Positions 34,491 to 36,280 of a stretch of DNA of 36,280 bases are shown here, piece by piece; positions within the stretch are counted from its first letter, which is position 1; every line of letters begins with the position of its first letter. The notes under the pieces were generated by a model, which searched no databases, was not told the DNA's origin, and saw only the letters and a program-made list of their open reading frames with translations. The translations under genes were made by a program, and so were the position numbers. This DNA is from Clostridia bacterium (GTDB lineage: Bacteria; Bacillota; Clostridia; Christensenellales; CAG-138): NCBI GenBank assembly GCA_045592165.1, contig JAZNUG010000077.1:1-36280 (forward strand). The letters are read 5' to 3'.

Positions 34491-35669
34491 ATGGAAAACA
34501 CCCAGAACAGCCGTGAAAATCAGGCTGCCGAAAAACTTTCCGCCGCAAGGAGGAAAAAATACCGCCGCAGAAAGGTGATGCGTATACTGCGCCCTGTGCT
34601 GATATACGGCATCAGCATTGCCATATGCTTTTTTATAGCGCGGGCGGCGGTGGAATATGCGCTGGATGAATATGTGCGTCCCGTGGATACCTCAGATGCC
34701 ACACCCGTCACGGTAACCATTGAAAAGGGCAGCGGCGCTTCCACCATTGCCAAGATGCTGTACGAAGCGGGCGGCGAGGGAAACGTGGGTCTTATAAAGA
34801 GTAAGGCTGCTTTCAAGATATATGTTGACTTTACCGGAAAATCCAGCACCCTTAAGGCTGGTACTTATGTGCTCAGCCGCAATATGAACATTGCCCAGAT
34901 GGTGGATATAATCTGCATGGGCAATCCAGCCCGTCAGACTGTAAAATTCACCATACCCGAGGGCATGGAGATCGCGGACATTGCGGACAGGCTGGTGGAG
35001 CTTGGCGTATTGGAAAGCAAGACAGAATTCCTGTCCCTGTGCGAAACAGGCGAGGCCTTCAGCGAGTACAGCTTTGTAAACGCCATACTTCAGAGTGACG
35101 ACGCACAGAGCAGAAGGTACGCCCTTGAGGGATATCTGTTCCCTGATACATACGAGGTATATGTGGGCGCATCCGCAAAGAGCATAATTGCAAAAATGCT
35201 CATCCGCTTCAATGAGGTGTTCAACGAGGAATACATGGCCCGGGCGCAGGAGCTTAATATGTCCGTGGACGATGTGGTTACCCTTGCTTCCATAATCGAG
35301 CGTGAAGCAAAGACCGCAGACTTTGCAAAGGTTTCTGCTGTATTCCACAACCGTATGAATGACGGCATGCGCTTGCAGAGCGATGCACCCCTCAAGTATA
35401 TTTTCAATACCGAAAACGTGCTCGACTTCACTTCCGAGCAGATGGAGGTGGATTCCCCCTACAACACCTATAACGTTGACGGTCTGCCCGTGGGCGCCAT
35501 TGACAACCCAGGAAACAACGCCATATACGCCGCGCTGTATCCGGATGAGGAGTTTATGGAGGACGGCTACCTTTACTTTGTACTTAAATCCAGAGATTCC
35601 ACCGAACTGGTATTCTCCAAGGATTACGATGACTTCTTAGATGACAAGGAGGCTTATCAGAAGAGCTGA
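34491..35669 (+). CDS. mltG: Endolytic transglycosylase MltG (YceG family)
   Basis: N-terminal TM helix, LKAGTY, TIPEG, LEGYLFPDTY, LASIIERE, VFHNR, SPYNTY, GLPVGAI. Confidence 0.93.
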   Translation: MENTQNSRENQAAEKLSAARRKKYRRRKVMRILRPVLIYGISIAICFFIARAAVEYALDEYVRPVDTSDATPVTVTIEKGSGASTIAKMLYEAGGEGNVGLIKSKAAFKIYVDFTGKSSTLKAGTYVLSRNMNIAQMVDIICMGNPARQTVKFTIPEGMEIADIADRLVELGVLESKTEFLSLCETGEAFSEYSFVNAILQSDDAQSRRYALEGYLFPDTYEVYVGASAKSIIAKMLIRFNEVFNEEYMARAQELNMSVDDVVTLASIIEREAKTADFAKVSAVFHNRMNDGMRLQSDAPLKYIFNTENVLDFTSEQMEVDSPYNTYNVDGLPVGAIDNPGNNAIYAALYPDEEFMEDGYLYFVLKSRDSTELVFSKDYDDFLDDKEAYQKS

Positions 35670-36280
35670 TGAATATCAAGCTTCCCGAACTGCTTGCCCC
35701 TGCGGGCAATATGGAACGGCTCTGCACTGCCTTTGACTACGGCGCAGATGCGGTATATGTGGGGGCTCAGAGCATGAGTCTCAGAAACTTTGCCGATAAC
35801 TTTACCCCTGAGCAGCTGAAAGAGGGCTGCGATTATGCCCATGCCAGGGGCGGCAAGGTGTATGTGGCCTGCAATGCCTTTGCCCATGACAGAGATTTGA
35901 CAGAGCTGCCTTCCCTTTTTGAGCAGATACAGGCCGCCGGTGCGGACGCCCTCATTGTTAATGATCCGGGCGTTATACGCATGGCGAGACGCTGTGTGCC
36001 GGATATGCCCCTGCATCTCAGCACCCAGGCAAATACCCTCAATACCGAGGCTGCGTTGTTCTGGCATGAGCAGGGCGTGGAAAGAATAGTGCTTGCCCGG
36101 GAACTTTGCATTGAGGAAGTAAAGGATATGCGAAGCAAGCTTCCTGACAGCCTTGAGCTGGAGATGTTTATCCACGGGGCAATGTGCATTTCCTATTCCG
36201 GCCGCTGTTTGCTCAGCAACTACCTCAACGGCCGCGATTCAAACCGGGGCGAGTGTGCCCAGCCCTGCCGCTGGAAGTAC
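35669..36280 (+). CDS. U32-family protein (tRNA hydroxylation TrhP/YrrO-like), truncated by the window edge
   Basis: Manual translation: MNIKLPELLAPAG...GADAVY...HLSTQAN...VLAREL...HGAMCISYSGRCLLS...NRGECAQPCRW. TGATG overlap with mltG. Confidence 0.92.
   Translation, partial: MNIKLPELLAPAGNMERLCTAFDYGADAVYVGAQSMSLRNFADNFTPEQLKEGCDYAHARGGKVYVACNAFAHDRDLTELPSLFEQIQAAGADALIVNDPGVIRMARRCVPDMPLHLSTQANTLNTEAALFWHEQGVERIVLARELCIEEVKDMRSKLPDSLELEMFIHGAMCISYSGRCLLSNYLNGRDSNRGECAQPCRWKY

Overview
36.3 kb of chromosomal DNA, roughly 50% GC by eye, from a Clostridia-class Firmicute (inferred from the gene set, sigmaA-type promoters and AGGAGG ribosome-binding sites). It holds about 38 genes: a partial HtrA-like gene; recD2-comF-tcdA-MBL hydrolase; an OmpR/histidine-kinase pair; a Pro-rich lipoprotein; an acyltransferase; an MFS transporter; a 4-hydroxybutyrate dehydrogenase; a divergent KdpE-like/KdpD-like pair; the pyrBICFKDE operon; an Xre regulator with a membrane protein; EamA; a ferritin-like protein; reverse rubrerythrin; TauE with a Cys-rich membrane protein; two VanW paralogs; GntR; an orphan DNA methyltransferase; an aminotransferase; and rnj-ylbF-mltG-U32. 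I found no mobile element, CRISPR array, tRNA or rRNA. The most notable signal is the pyr operon leader (14187-14391). It has no PyrR-binding loop. Instead it carries a 25-codon leader ORF missing from the ORF track, with a perfect SD and a U-rich 3' half, whose stop codon overlaps an intrinsic terminator, plus an (A)GAUUUG initially transcribed sequence. This looks like enterobacterial-style UTP-sensing attenuation and reiterative transcription in a Firmicute. Other observations are an identical 26-bp terminator on both sides of the first two-component system, two probable leaderless genes, and several promoters with dyad-symmetric spacers. All product calls come from motif recognition by eye; no database searches were run.
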